Assembly (NCBI GenBank): GCA_046708245.1
Contig: JBKKDK010000236.1
Span: 1 to 46,218 of the forward strand
Direction: 5' to 3'
From: Arthrobacter sp.
GTDB taxonomy: Bacteria; Actinomycetota; Actinomycetes; Actinomycetales; Micrococcaceae
DNA: 46,218 bases
Both the position numbers and the translations under genes were made by a program. Below the pieces are notes generated by a model that saw only the letters and a list, made by a program, of their open reading frames with translations, made no database searches and was not told the origin of the DNA. Each line of letters begins with the position of its first letter. The first letter of the stretch is position 1. Shown one piece after another: positions 28,034 to 36,584 of the stretch.

Positions 28034-30694
28034 ATGACCTACATCAACCAATTCGGCGATGTGGGACAAGGCGACATCGGCGTGGTTGGCGGCAAAGGTG
28101 CCGGGCTGGGCGGCCTCGTTGCGGCCGGGCTGCCGGTACCCCCGGGGTTTGTGCTGAACACGGCAGCCTACGCGGATTTTGTGGATGCCAACCACCTGCA
28201 GGCCGGCATCCAGGAGCTGGCCGCACTGTCACCGCAGGCGGCACCACAGGACTACGAGGACGCCTCGACGCGGATCCGTGCCCTGTTCACCGGCGGCACC
28301 ACGCCCGCCGCGATCGCAGCCGAACTCCGCGCCGCCTACGCGGGTCTCGGCACCGGGGACACCGCCGTGGCGGTGCGCTCCTCGGCCACCGCCGAAGACC
28401 TCGCCTCGGCCAGCTTTGCGGGGCAGCAGGAGACCTACCTCAACGTCGCCGGGACCGACGCCCTGGCCGCGGCCGTGACCGATTGCTGGGCTTCCCTGTG
28501 GACCGCACGAGCCATGGTCTACCGGGCTCGTGAGGGCATCGAAGCCGACTCAGTGCGCCTCGCCGTCGTGGTCCAGCGGATGGTCGAGGCAGACGCGGCC
28601 GGCGTCATGTTCACCGCCAATCCAGCCAACGGGCGCCGCGACCAGATCGCGATCAGTGCCGCTTGGGGCCTCGGCGAATCCGTCGCCAGCGGAACCGTCA
28701 GCACCGATGACGTCGTCGTTGACGCAGGAACGGGCCGCGTGCTGTCGCGCCGGACAGCTGACAAGCAGGTCACGACCGTCTGCGCGGAGCACGGCACCCG
28801 GGAGCAGGCCGTGCCGGAAGCGGGCCGTCGCCAGCCTGTGCTGGAGGACCCGGCGGCAGCCGCGCTGGCCAGCTACGGGACACGGATCGCGGACCACTTC
28901 GGAGCGCCGCAGGACATCGAGTGGGCCCGGACCAGCGGCGAGTTTTTCATCCTGCAATCCCGGCCCATCACCGCACTGCCTGAACAGGCCGCTGATACCC
29001 CTGATACCTGGCCGGTGCCCTACCCGAAGGGGCTCTATTTCCGGGCGAGCATCGTGGAACAGCTGCCCGACCCGCTTTCGCCGCTGTTTGCCGACCTCAT
29101 TGACGGCTCTGTGACCCGGTCGCTGGGAGCCCTGCTGGCCGAAGCCGTCGGCAAGAACATCATCCGCGAGGACGATGTGGGACTGCCCACCATCAACGGC
29201 TACGCCTACTATTACTACCGCACCTCAGGCATGTGGCGGTTGATGGGCAAGTCGCTGACCGCGGTACGCGCGCTGCTCCGCGGCAAGGCGCACATGGGAG
29301 TGGCGGGCTGGCGGGAGTTTTCGCATCCCCGCTACGAGCAGGTCATCAAGGACTGGTCGGCCAAGCCCGTCGTCGATCTCGCGGGGAAAGAACTCCTGGA
29401 GGGCGCGCGGGCGTTGCTGGACGCTGGCACCGTGTATTACACGGCCGTGCAGTCAATAATTCCGCTGGCCGCGACCAGCGAAATCTCGCTCCGGGCGTTT
29501 TACGACAAGTTCGTTCGGCGCGAGGGGGACCCTCCCGCCCAGACGTTCCTCCTCGGCTATGACAGCGAACCCATCCGGGCCGAGAAGTCGCTGTACGACC
29601 TCGCGTCCTGGGCCGGCGGCGTTCCGGGGCTGGCCGCGACGCTCCTCAACAAACCGGCAGCGGCCCTGGTGGAGGCGCAGCGCACCGGCCTGCCGCCTGC
29701 CGGCGCCGACCCTGGCCTGTGGCAGGACTGGCACCGCCGCTTTGAGGGGCATCTCGGACGGTTCGGCCATGCGGTCTACAACCTGGATTTCGCCTGCCCG
29801 GTGCCGGCCGACGATCCCGCGGCGCTGCTGGAGACGGTGAAGTTCTATCTCCGGGGACCGGGCAATGACCCGCTTGCGCGCCCGCGGCTGGCGGCCGCCC
29901 GCCGGGAGGACCAGACCGGCCAGGCGATCAGCCGGCTCGGGCCGGGCAGACGGGCCGCGTTCATCCGGCTGCTCCGGTGGGCACAGAACGCCGCCCCGAT
30001 CCGCGAGGATGCCCTGGCCGACGTCGGCCTGGCGTGGCCGCTGCTGCGGCAGATGCTGCTCGAACTCGGACAACGGCTGGTTGCTTCGGCTGTCATTACC
30101 GAGCCCGCCGACGTGTTTTGGCTGCGCGAGCAGGAGCTGCTCAGCGCCGTCGAATTCGGCCTCGCCGAACCGGCGGCAGTGACGATCATGGGCGCGGACC
30201 GCCCCGTCCGCGCTGCCGCCGTCGAGGAACGCAAGATCCTGTGGCGGGGCCAGGCCAAGGCCGCTGCCCCCCAGCTGCTCCCGGAGAGCCGGTGGATGGA
30301 GCGGGCCTTCGGGAACATGATGCCGGCACGGCCACAGAACCAGCCCGGCGACATCATCAAAGGCGTAGGCGCCAGCTCGGGACGGGTCAGCGCTCCTGCC
30401 CGCGTCTTGAGCGGACCCCAGGATTTCGACCGGATGGTGCCCGGCGACATCCTGGTCGCCCGCATCACCACCCCCGCATGGACCTCGCTGTTCGCGATGG
30501 CCTCCGGCGTGGTCACCGACGTCGGCGGTCCATTGAGCCACAGCTCGATCGTGGCCAGGGAGTACGGGATCCCGGCCGTGCTCGGCACCGGGGTCGCCAC
30601 CCAACGGCTCAGCAGCGGCCAGCAGATCCGCGTCGACGGCGACGCCGGCACCGTCACCATCGAGCACCCGGCCGCCACGCAGGGGCCGACCTGA
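28034..30694 (+). CDS. PEP-utilising phosphotransferase with rifampin-phosphotransferase-like architecture (886 aa)
   Basis: GGKG, AVRSSATAEDL..SFAGQQETYL, QDIEW..ILQSRPIT ATP-grasp; C-terminal GGPLSHSSIVAREYGIPAV His domain; no PEP-synthase C-terminal barrel. Confidence 0.85.
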   Translation: MTYINQFGDVGQGDIGVVGGKGAGLGGLVAAGLPVPPGFVLNTAAYADFVDANHLQAGIQELAALSPQAAPQDYEDASTRIRALFTGGTTPAAIAAELRAAYAGLGTGDTAVAVRSSATAEDLASASFAGQQETYLNVAGTDALAAAVTDCWASLWTARAMVYRAREGIEADSVRLAVVVQRMVEADAAGVMFTANPANGRRDQIAISAAWGLGESVASGTVSTDDVVVDAGTGRVLSRRTADKQVTTVCAEHGTREQAVPEAGRRQPVLEDPAAAALASYGTRIADHFGAPQDIEWARTSGEFFILQSRPITALPEQAADTPDTWPVPYPKGLYFRASIVEQLPDPLSPLFADLIDGSVTRSLGALLAEAVGKNIIREDDVGLPTINGYAYYYYRTSGMWRLMGKSLTAVRALLRGKAHMGVAGWREFSHPRYEQVIKDWSAKPVVDLAGKELLEGARALLDAGTVYYTAVQSIIPLAATSEISLRAFYDKFVRREGDPPAQTFLLGYDSEPIRAEKSLYDLASWAGGVPGLAATLLNKPAAALVEAQRTGLPPAGADPGLWQDWHRRFEGHLGRFGHAVYNLDFACPVPADDPAALLETVKFYLRGPGNDPLARPRLAAARREDQTGQAISRLGPGRRAAFIRLLRWAQNAAPIREDALADVGLAWPLLRQMLLELGQRLVASAVITEPADVFWLREQELLSAVEFGLAEPAAVTIMGADRPVRAAAVEERKILWRGQAKAAAPQLLPESRWMERAFGNMMPARPQNQPGDIIKGVGASSGRVSAPARVLSGPQDFDRMVPGDILVARITTPAWTSLFAMASGVVTDVGGPLSHSSIVAREYGIPAVLGTGVATQRLSSGQQIRVDGDAGTVTIEHPAATQGPT

Positions 30695-30720
30695 AGCCTG
30701 GGGGTAAGTCGGTTCGTCGC

Positions 30721-31980
30721 CTACCCGAGATCAGGCGTCCAACGAAACTGAAGGCGGCAGCTTGCGTTCAGGGCGATCTGGGCAAGCCCCGTCATTTCCA
30801 GGGAGATTGCGTTGGCCTGCGCGGACAGCGGCGACGGCGGGTAGGCGACAGACATCGCGAGCTGGCGGTTGCCGTCGGCACTGCTCATCGCGATGGTTCC
30901 ATAGCCTGGAACATCGCCGGCATGGCCATAGTAGAAACCGTTGGTACACCTGTCATTCCACTGCTCCAGGCCAAGGCCGTAGTCGGCGTTGGCGCGGCCC
31001 TTCATGGCCATGACGCTGGGCGGAGGCAGCAGCCCGCCGTCCAGCAGCGCGGCATAGAAGGTATTGATCTCCCCTACCGTGGAAATCATGCCCTCGGACG
31101 CGGATCCGCTCTGCATGGCGGAGTAGGCGACGTCCACCGGTCCGCCATCCACCAGGGTGTAGCCGTGGACCAGGTTGGCCGGTGCAGGACCGGCCCCTGT
31201 CATTGTGGTGGAGCGAAGACCCAGCGGCTCCACGACGTCGGCCCGCAGGACGTCAGCGAGCGCCGTTCCGCGGAGCCGCTCCGCCAAGAGCCCCAGAGCA
31301 ACGTAGTCCGAGCGGGAATAGCCGGAACCCCGAGGCTCCGCCGGCTGCCAGGGAACACCGCCCGCGAGCGCGAGGCGCTGCTCGGGACTGATTGGGGTGG
31401 CCAGCACCTGCCGGAGTGGAGCCGATCCCAGCAGGGGAGCGTAGAAATCGGGCATGCCGGACGTGTGGCCAAGGAGCTGGCGCACCGTAAGGCCTGCGGG
31501 CGGGTGCAGGAGTCCCTCCAGCTCGGGCAGATACCTGGACACGGGGTGGTCAAGCGCCAGTTGCCCCTCCTCCGCGAGCTTCAGCACGGAGACCGCCACC
31601 ATGGTCCGGGTAATGCCGCCCACGTGGACCGGATCACCCGGACGAGCGGGGACACCGCCGTCGCGACTCCTGACGCCCACGGCATGCGCCCACGTCTCGG
31701 ATCCGACCCTCGCCTCCACCACAACGGCCAGCGCCCCCTCCTGGAGCAGTTCCTCGCTGTACGGTTCCAGCATCGCCCGAAGCTGTCGGAGCGAGGCCGA
31801 CGCCGGTGCTGTCGCCGGCGACGGCGGGCTGGGCTGGAACGGCGGGGCCGTCGTCGCCGGCGGGCTGGGCTGGAACGGCGCCGGCTCCGGCTCACCGGTG
31901 CAGCCGCTGAGGAGCAGGCCCGCCACCAGCGCGGCGCCGCTCATCACCACGCCCGATCCCCCGACGCGAGCCACAGCCAT
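30721..31980 (-). CDS. Serine hydrolase (class C beta-lactamase/D,D-peptidase fold) lipoprotein with altered catalytic motifs
   Basis: Lipobox LSGC; TVRQLLGHTSG; YGLG; GHAG; SxxK site reads GITR and YxN site reads YSR. Confidence 0.82.
   Translation of the reverse strand: MAVARVGGSGVVMSGAALVAGLLLSGCTGEPEPAPFQPSPPATTAPPFQPSPPSPATAPASASLRQLRAMLEPYSEELLQEGALAVVVEARVGSETWAHAVGVRSRDGGVPARPGDPVHVGGITRTMVAVSVLKLAEEGQLALDHPVSRYLPELEGLLHPPAGLTVRQLLGHTSGMPDFYAPLLGSAPLRQVLATPISPEQRLALAGGVPWQPAEPRGSGYSRSDYVALGLLAERLRGTALADVLRADVVEPLGLRSTTMTGAGPAPANLVHGYTLVDGGPVDVAYSAMQSGSASEGMISTVGEINTFYAALLDGGLLPPPSVMAMKGRANADYGLGLEQWNDRCTNGFYYGHAGDVPGYGTIAMSSADGNRQLAMSVAYPPSPLSAQANAISLEMTGLAQIALNASCRLQFRWTPDLG
31823..31880. 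repeat. 22-bp direct repeat (36-bp period) encoding PFQPSPP twice in the lipoprotein linker
   Basis: GGCGGGCTGGGCTGGAACGGCG at 31823-31844 and 31859-31880. Confidence 0.85.
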
Positions 31981-32105
31981 GGAGAACCTTCCCCTGCCGG
32001 TCCGCAAGCGGGCTCCGGCCGCTGCCCCGACACTTTTGATGCTCCCCCGGCTGTCGGAGTTCCGTCAAGACGCCCGCGCGCGGCCCGGAAGCCGGGGCAT
32101 TCCAA

Positions 32106-32178
32106 GAGCGGGCTGGGAGGGAATCGAACCCTCGTGTGGCCAACACAAGCAGTCATTTGGCATAAACCGTTCAGCCCA
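32106..32178 (-). ncRNA. tRNA-like / tmRNA tRNA-like-domain mimic, about 70 nt
   Basis: GGGCTG...CAGCCC acceptor-like stem; perfect T-arm GAGGG-TTCGATT-CCCTC; GCCAA/TTGGC central stem; TAGCCT -10 element just upstream. Confidence 0.55.
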
Positions 32179-32352
32179 TGGACGAAGGCTAAAGGCTAAA
32201 CATTGGACTTATCTTGGGTCCCTTCGACGTGGTCCGGCACGCCCCGCGCCTGGCGGCATCTCTGGCCGAGGCACATTTCTGCATGTATGGTAAGCATACT
32301 GATGATTATTTCGACTGTCGTCAGTTCCCGAAATCCCGTCAAAGGAGACATC

Positions 32353-33249
32353 GTGAGCACCAGAGTTGAAAAGCGAATTCTCGTCAACGTTCCCGTGAGC
32401 GTGGCCTACAACCAGTGGACCCAGTTCGAGGAGTTTCCGCAATTTATGGGCGGGGTGAAGAGCGTCAAACAACTCAGCGACGACCGGCTGGAGTGGGTTG
32501 CGGAAATCGCCGGGGTGCGCCGGCAATGGCAGGCCAGAATTCTGGAGCAGGTGCCGGACCGGAAGGTCGCATGGGGTGCCACCGAGGGCGCAACCAACGC
32601 CGGGTCAGTGGAGTTCGAAGACCTCGGCGGCGGGCAGACCTCCCTCAAGCTCTCCCTAGAATATGAGCCCGAAGGCCTCATTGAACGCGTCGGCGCCAAA
32701 CTGAACATAGTGGAGAAGCAGGCCGAGAACGACCTGAACCGGTTCAAGGCCTTCATCGAAGACGAAGGCTACGCGACCGGGGCCTGGCGCGGAACCGTCA
32801 GCGAAGGCGCATCGGCGGGCACACCAGGCGTGGACGCGGCGGCAGGGTCGCGGGGGGACAGTGGCAAAGCCGGCGTTTCAGGCGCAGTCGTCGCGGGAGT
32901 CGGGCTGGCAGCTGCGGCAGCTGCAGGCGTCGCGGCAGCAAGCGGGCACAAGGACACTGCGGATAGCCCGGCAACGGCAAGTCCGCCCACCACCGTGCCG
33001 CCCACCGGGACCGCGGGCAGCGTATTTCCGGGTGAGGGAGCCGTCCAGGACGTCACGCGCCCCGCGGACGGGACCGCCGGCCGCTCGGACGCCAAACTTT
33101 TCGACCAGACCAATGGACTGGTTGATGTCGAAGGCGATTCGGACGGGACAGCCGTGAGCGACACCACCAGCGCTGCCGACCGAGAAGGAGGAGCGGACCG
33201 CGGACCGGGCCCCGTACCTCCTGTCGGCGGAAGCCCGGGACAGCACTGA
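32353..33249 (+). CDS. SRPBCC (cyclase/dehydrase) protein with low-complexity C-terminal tail
   Basis: AYNQWTQFEEFPQFMGGV, DLNRFKAFIE..GYATGAWRG; AAAGGAG RBS, GTG start. Confidence 0.9.
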   Translation: MSTRVEKRILVNVPVSVAYNQWTQFEEFPQFMGGVKSVKQLSDDRLEWVAEIAGVRRQWQARILEQVPDRKVAWGATEGATNAGSVEFEDLGGGQTSLKLSLEYEPEGLIERVGAKLNIVEKQAENDLNRFKAFIEDEGYATGAWRGTVSEGASAGTPGVDAAAGSRGDSGKAGVSGAVVAGVGLAAAAAAGVAAASGHKDTADSPATASPPTTVPPTGTAGSVFPGEGAVQDVTRPADGTAGRSDAKLFDQTNGLVDVEGDSDGTAVSDTTSAADREGGADRGPGPVPPVGGSPGQH

Positions 33250-33348
33250 CCACGTCCGAAAGGGCGGTGGCGCCGCCTGGCTGACCTCACTCCGCCGGCC
33301 AAGTCGCCGGAGAACCGAGCACCTACGTCCACTCCGGGAAGGAAGTTT

Positions 33349-33693
33349 ATGAAAGAGAAACTAATCCGCGGCGCGCTGGGCCTGTTCCTCCTGGCTGCTG
33401 CCCTTTCCATTGCGCCGGCCGGGGCGGCCACCGCCGCCGGAAACGCCGCAGCAGCCGCCTCGGCCGTTCAGGTCACCGGCACGACGCCCCATGCGCTTGC
33501 AGCCACCGTTTCTACCGCAACGCCGTCGCCCAGCGGACCTGTCGACCCCGGGACCGGAGAAACCAAAGAAACGAAGGAAACACGGGTGGAATATGCGCCC
33601 TACGTCATCGGGGCGGTCGTTTTGGCGGTCCTGGTTGCCAGCATTTTGTTCTGGCGCAAGCGCAGGATCTCGCACCCGAGTAAACCTGACTGA
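33349..33693 (+). CDS. Small exported membrane-anchored protein
   Basis: Signal peptide, Ala/Thr/Pro linker, C-terminal TM followed by WRKRR; AAGGAA RBS. Confidence 0.7.
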   Translation: MKEKLIRGALGLFLLAAALSIAPAGAATAAGNAAAAASAVQVTGTTPHALAATVSTATPSPSGPVDPGTGETKETKETRVEYAPYVIGAVVLAVLVASILFWRKRRISHPSKPD

Positions 33694-33729
33694 GGTCCGG
33701 CAATGCGGCCGCGCCGCTGCCTCTGCCTG

Positions 33730-33963
33730 CTATTCGTCGTGCCCCTGGTCGCCACTCATCTGGTCCTCGGCGGGGGGCGTCTCTCCCGGAGGCACTCCCC
33801 CGCCGGGCTCCAGCCCGGTAATGTTCCCGCTCAGCGGATCCGGGTTGGCCGAGGCGCCCGGATCGGCACCCGGGTCGCCCTTCCCGGGGCGGCGCTCGGC
33901 GCCGTCCGCCGGTTGCGGCCGGTCCGGATTGCCCGGGTGATCTTCAGGATGATGTGTGCTCAT
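33730..33963 (-). CDS. DUF6480-like small acidic protein
   Basis: NPDP...TGLEPGGGVPPGETPPAE motif; GGAAGG RBS. Confidence 0.7.
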   Translation of the reverse strand: MSTHHPEDHPGNPDRPQPADGAERRPGKGDPGADPGASANPDPLSGNITGLEPGGGVPPGETPPAEDQMSGDQGHDE

Positions 33964-34061
33964 GGCTGTGCCTTCCGTTTGGCGCCTACTTTGGACTAGT
34001 TGCAAGCATGCGGATAATTTCGGGGCCGTCAAGGGCCGCATGTGGAACCACCCGGGCTGTG

Positions 34062-34409
34062 TCAGTCCGCGGAACCTGTTGGGTCCGGCAGAGCGCCGTC
34101 GACCGGGAAGGTCATGAACGCCGGCGTCTCGTATGGATGCACGGACAGTGCGGCTGCGACGACGGCGTTGCGCCTGGAGCGCGGGTAAATCGCCTCGATC
34201 CGGGTTTCCGGCACTTCCTCGGGCACATTGACGGCTCCCACGGCCGGGGTGGAACCCGGCAACGGCATGAAGCGCCCGGTGCCGTGGAGACTAAAAGAGC
34301 AATGTGAGTATTTTCCCAGCCGGCCGGCCCCGGCGTCGCCAATTGCCTGCCGGACAGCGTGCGCAGCTTCGGTGGGGACGTAGATGACCAGACAATCGAG
34401 CGGTTCCAT
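34062..34409 (-). CDS. YqfO/NIF3-associated PII-like domain protein
   Basis: AGAGRLGKYSHCSF..GTGRF.P..G, HPYETPA. Confidence 0.85.
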   Translation of the reverse strand: MEPLDCLVIYVPTEAAHAVRQAIGDAGAGRLGKYSHCSFSLHGTGRFMPLPGSTPAVGAVNVPEEVPETRIEAIYPRSRRNAVVAAALSVHPYETPAFMTFPVDGALPDPTGSAD

Positions 34410-34447
34410 GGCAGAAGTCTGCCATGGAGCGTTACGGTGCGGGCCGC

Positions 34448-34600
34448 TTAGCTGTTGCCGGAGTAGACGAGGCTGTCGGGGTCCATTTCGTTCGCCGGGG
34501 CATCCGCGAGTCCCTGCGGCGACAGATCCATGTCCATCAGGCCAGGCTGCTGGTTATGGGCCGCGCAGTGTCCGACGCTGGGTGTGCTGTGGTTGGTCAA
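34448..34600 (-). CDS. Small acidic protein (50 aa), absent from the ORF track
   Basis: GAGGA RBS, TTG start overlapping the upstream TGA; MTNHSTPSVG...NEMDPDSLVYSGNS. Confidence 0.5.
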   Translation of the reverse strand: MTNHSTPSVGHCAAHNQQPGLMDMDLSPQGLADAPANEMDPDSLVYSGNS

Positions 34601-34845
34601 GGTGTTCCTCTATTACTTTGTTGGATGCAGATGGCTGCGAGAAAGGCGGCTGTCGTAGCCACCACGTGCGAGCTGCTGCATTTTGTGCAACTGATGGCTG
34701 CCGCGAGGGTTTCGTGCCGCGGATTCATCAGGGTGACGGAATCAACCAGCAGGTGCCGGTCCGTGTCGCAAGTCCCACACCAGGGCGTACGGCCCCGGGG
34801 CTGGTGGGCCTCCCGGGGCAGGTACGAGTTGGACGTGACTGTCAT
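34597..34845 (-). CDS. Small zinc-ribbon-like protein (82 aa)
   Basis: PWCGTCDTD...ISCTKC: two CxxC motifs; starts 5 nt after the upstream stop. Confidence 0.65.
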   Translation of the reverse strand: MTVTSNSYLPREAHQPRGRTPWCGTCDTDRHLLVDSVTLMNPRHETLAAAISCTKCSSSHVVATTAAFLAAICIQQSNRGTP

Positions 34846-34850
34846 CGGGC

Positions 34851-35108
34851 TCAGACCAGGCCCGGGTAGCTGGCCATGATGTAGTCCGCTGCGGCCGGGC
34901 CTGTCATGCGGAGCCCGGTGCGCCTGGGGTGGATCTGTTTCTTTTTCATGGCCGCCCAGAAGGCATTTTCGGGCCGGGGTGCGGCCTGCTGAAGGAAGCA
35001 CCAGCTGGTGTAGAGGCCGTAGAGACGGTTGCGGCCCAGGGCGTGGTCGGATGCAGGGTCAGGGATGGTGGCTTCCTGCAGAAATTGGTCGTACTGAGAA
35101 GTTGCCAT
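34851..35108 (-). CDS. Small hypothetical protein (85 aa), possible winged helix
   Basis: QFLQE...LYGLYTSWC...AFWAAM pattern; GAGGA RBS. Confidence 0.7.
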   Translation of the reverse strand: MATSQYDQFLQEATIPDPASDHALGRNRLYGLYTSWCFLQQAAPRPENAFWAAMKKKQIHPRRTGLRMTGPAAADYIMASYPGLV

Positions 35109-35289
35109 GAGTGGCTCATTTCCTCGCGGTGCATTTGTGCCGCCGTGTGGCTACAGCAGCTAAATACTTCAGGACCGTGCACAGGGCCCTGAAGCATGAA
35201 CCCGGAGTGCGTCGGCACTGCAAATCCGGAGGTAAAGCGTTGCCGGGGCTGGACATCCACGTGCCGCTGAAGACCAGTGAAACAACGTC

Positions 35290-35302
35290 TCTACAATGTA
35301 GA
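35290..35302. promoter_or_regulatory. TetR-type operator palindrome
   Basis: TCTAC-AAT-GTAGA, with a further GTAGAC nearby, in the divergent promoter. Confidence 0.6.
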
Positions 35303-35404
35303 CAGTAGGCGTAGACTACTTAATAAGCAACCTGTTTATTTCCTGGGTTGCACGTACTCAGCACCGACCCGAACGGAAATCCATTGCCGCAGGAAGAGAA
35401 TCCG

Positions 35405-36097
35405 GTGCCCTCACCGGCCGCCGGCACGAAGAAGCGGCTTAGCAGGGAACTGGTGCTGTCCGCTGCGCTGGCACTGGTGGACTCCGAAGGTCTCGACGCC
35501 CTCACCATGCGCAGGCTGGGGCAGGAACTCGGCCGGGACCCCATGGGCCTGTACCGCTATGCCGCAAACCGCGCGGAACTGCTGGACGGAGTCTCAGAAC
35601 TCGTCCTCAACGAGCTGGCCATCATCCCCGATGACCCCGACTGGCAGGCGCAGCTGCGCCGCATCGCCCATGACCTGCGGCACCTGGCGCTCCGCCACCC
35701 CAACGTGGTGCCCCTCCTCGTGACCCGTCCCTTGTCCACGCCACTCGGCCTCCGGCCGCTGGGGACGCTACGGCCGCTGGAGCAGATCCTGTCCCTGCTG
35801 ATCGACGCCGGGTTTGGGCCAGCCGACGCACTGCACGTCTACCGCGCCTACTACGGATACCTTTACGGGCACATCCTCAACGAACTGCAGGAGTACATCG
35901 TCGACCCCGAAGAAAACGAAGCCCTGCTCCGCCTGGGCCTGCACCGGTTGCCGGCCAAAGACTTCCCGCACCTCCGTGCCCTCGCCCCGGTCCTGGCCGA
36001 CTACGACGGGATGGCCGAGTTGGACGAAGGAATCACCATCCTGCTGACCGGTCTCGCGGCCCGTCTCCCGGTCTCTGGATCCCCCGCGAAGCCCTGA
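35405..36097 (+). CDS. TetR/AcrR family regulator with TetR_C-like domain
   Basis: LSRELVLSAALALVDSEGLDALTMRRLGQELG..PMGLYRY; start approximate. Confidence 0.9.
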   Translation: MPSPAAGTKKRLSRELVLSAALALVDSEGLDALTMRRLGQELGRDPMGLYRYAANRAELLDGVSELVLNELAIIPDDPDWQAQLRRIAHDLRHLALRHPNVVPLLVTRPLSTPLGLRPLGTLRPLEQILSLLIDAGFGPADALHVYRAYYGYLYGHILNELQEYIVDPEENEALLRLGLHRLPAKDFPHLRALAPVLADYDGMAELDEGITILLTGLAARLPVSGSPAKP

Positions 36098-36125
36098 ACC
36101 GGCGGCTCCGCAGCTGAAGGCAGCC

Positions 36126-36584
36126 CTACGCAGGGATGGGAATTAGGAGTCCGGCAGCGCCGGCGATCGACAGTGCCGCCCGGACATGGTTGGCCCGGGT
36201 CCAGGATTGCTGGTAGCTGTGCCAGAGCCGGTCCGGAGCAGTGGTGCCGTTCGCGGCAAGCCGGTTGTTGAGCGGCACGTTGACGGCAATGGTCGACGCC
36301 CACCCCGCCAGATATGCCAGCGCCCCGGCAACACGTAACGGCGGCTGGGCCTGCGGGTCCAGCGCCGCGGCGACTGCGACGGCGGCGCAGGCGGCGGAGG
36401 TGCCAAAGAACAGGACCATAAACGGAGGGCGCACGGCCTTCTCATTGATTGCCACCATCGTCGCGATGGCGTCCCCGTGCGGGCGGCGGCGCAGGGCTGG
36501 CATCACCACAACGGAGAATGCCAGATAGAAGCCGCCGGCCAGGGCGGAGCCGGTTCCGGCAGCCACCGGCAGCCACCCGCTCAC
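36126..36584 (-). CDS. DUF1772 (anthrone oxygenase-like) membrane protein
   Basis: GGFYLAFSVVVMPAL, NVPLNNRL, WTRANHVR; GTGA overlap. Confidence 0.88.
   Translation of the reverse strand: MSGWLPVAAGTGSALAGGFYLAFSVVVMPALRRRPHGDAIATMVAINEKAVRPPFMVLFFGTSAACAAVAVAAALDPQAQPPLRVAGALAYLAGWASTIAVNVPLNNRLAANGTTAPDRLWHSYQQSWTRANHVRAALSIAGAAGLLIPIPA

Noticed and set aside
28034-30694. Calling this ppsA or a bona fide rph resistance gene
   Set aside because: Domain order excludes PEP synthase, and rifampin specificity cannot be judged without alignment
32106-32178. Canonical tRNA gene or full tmRNA (ssrA)
   Set aside because: No D-stem, no 7-nt anticodon loop, no CCA and no tag reading frame; kept only as a tRNA-like element
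33349-33693. Sortase (LPXTG) substrate
   Set aside because: TM and basic tail are present but no LPxTG-like motif precedes the TM
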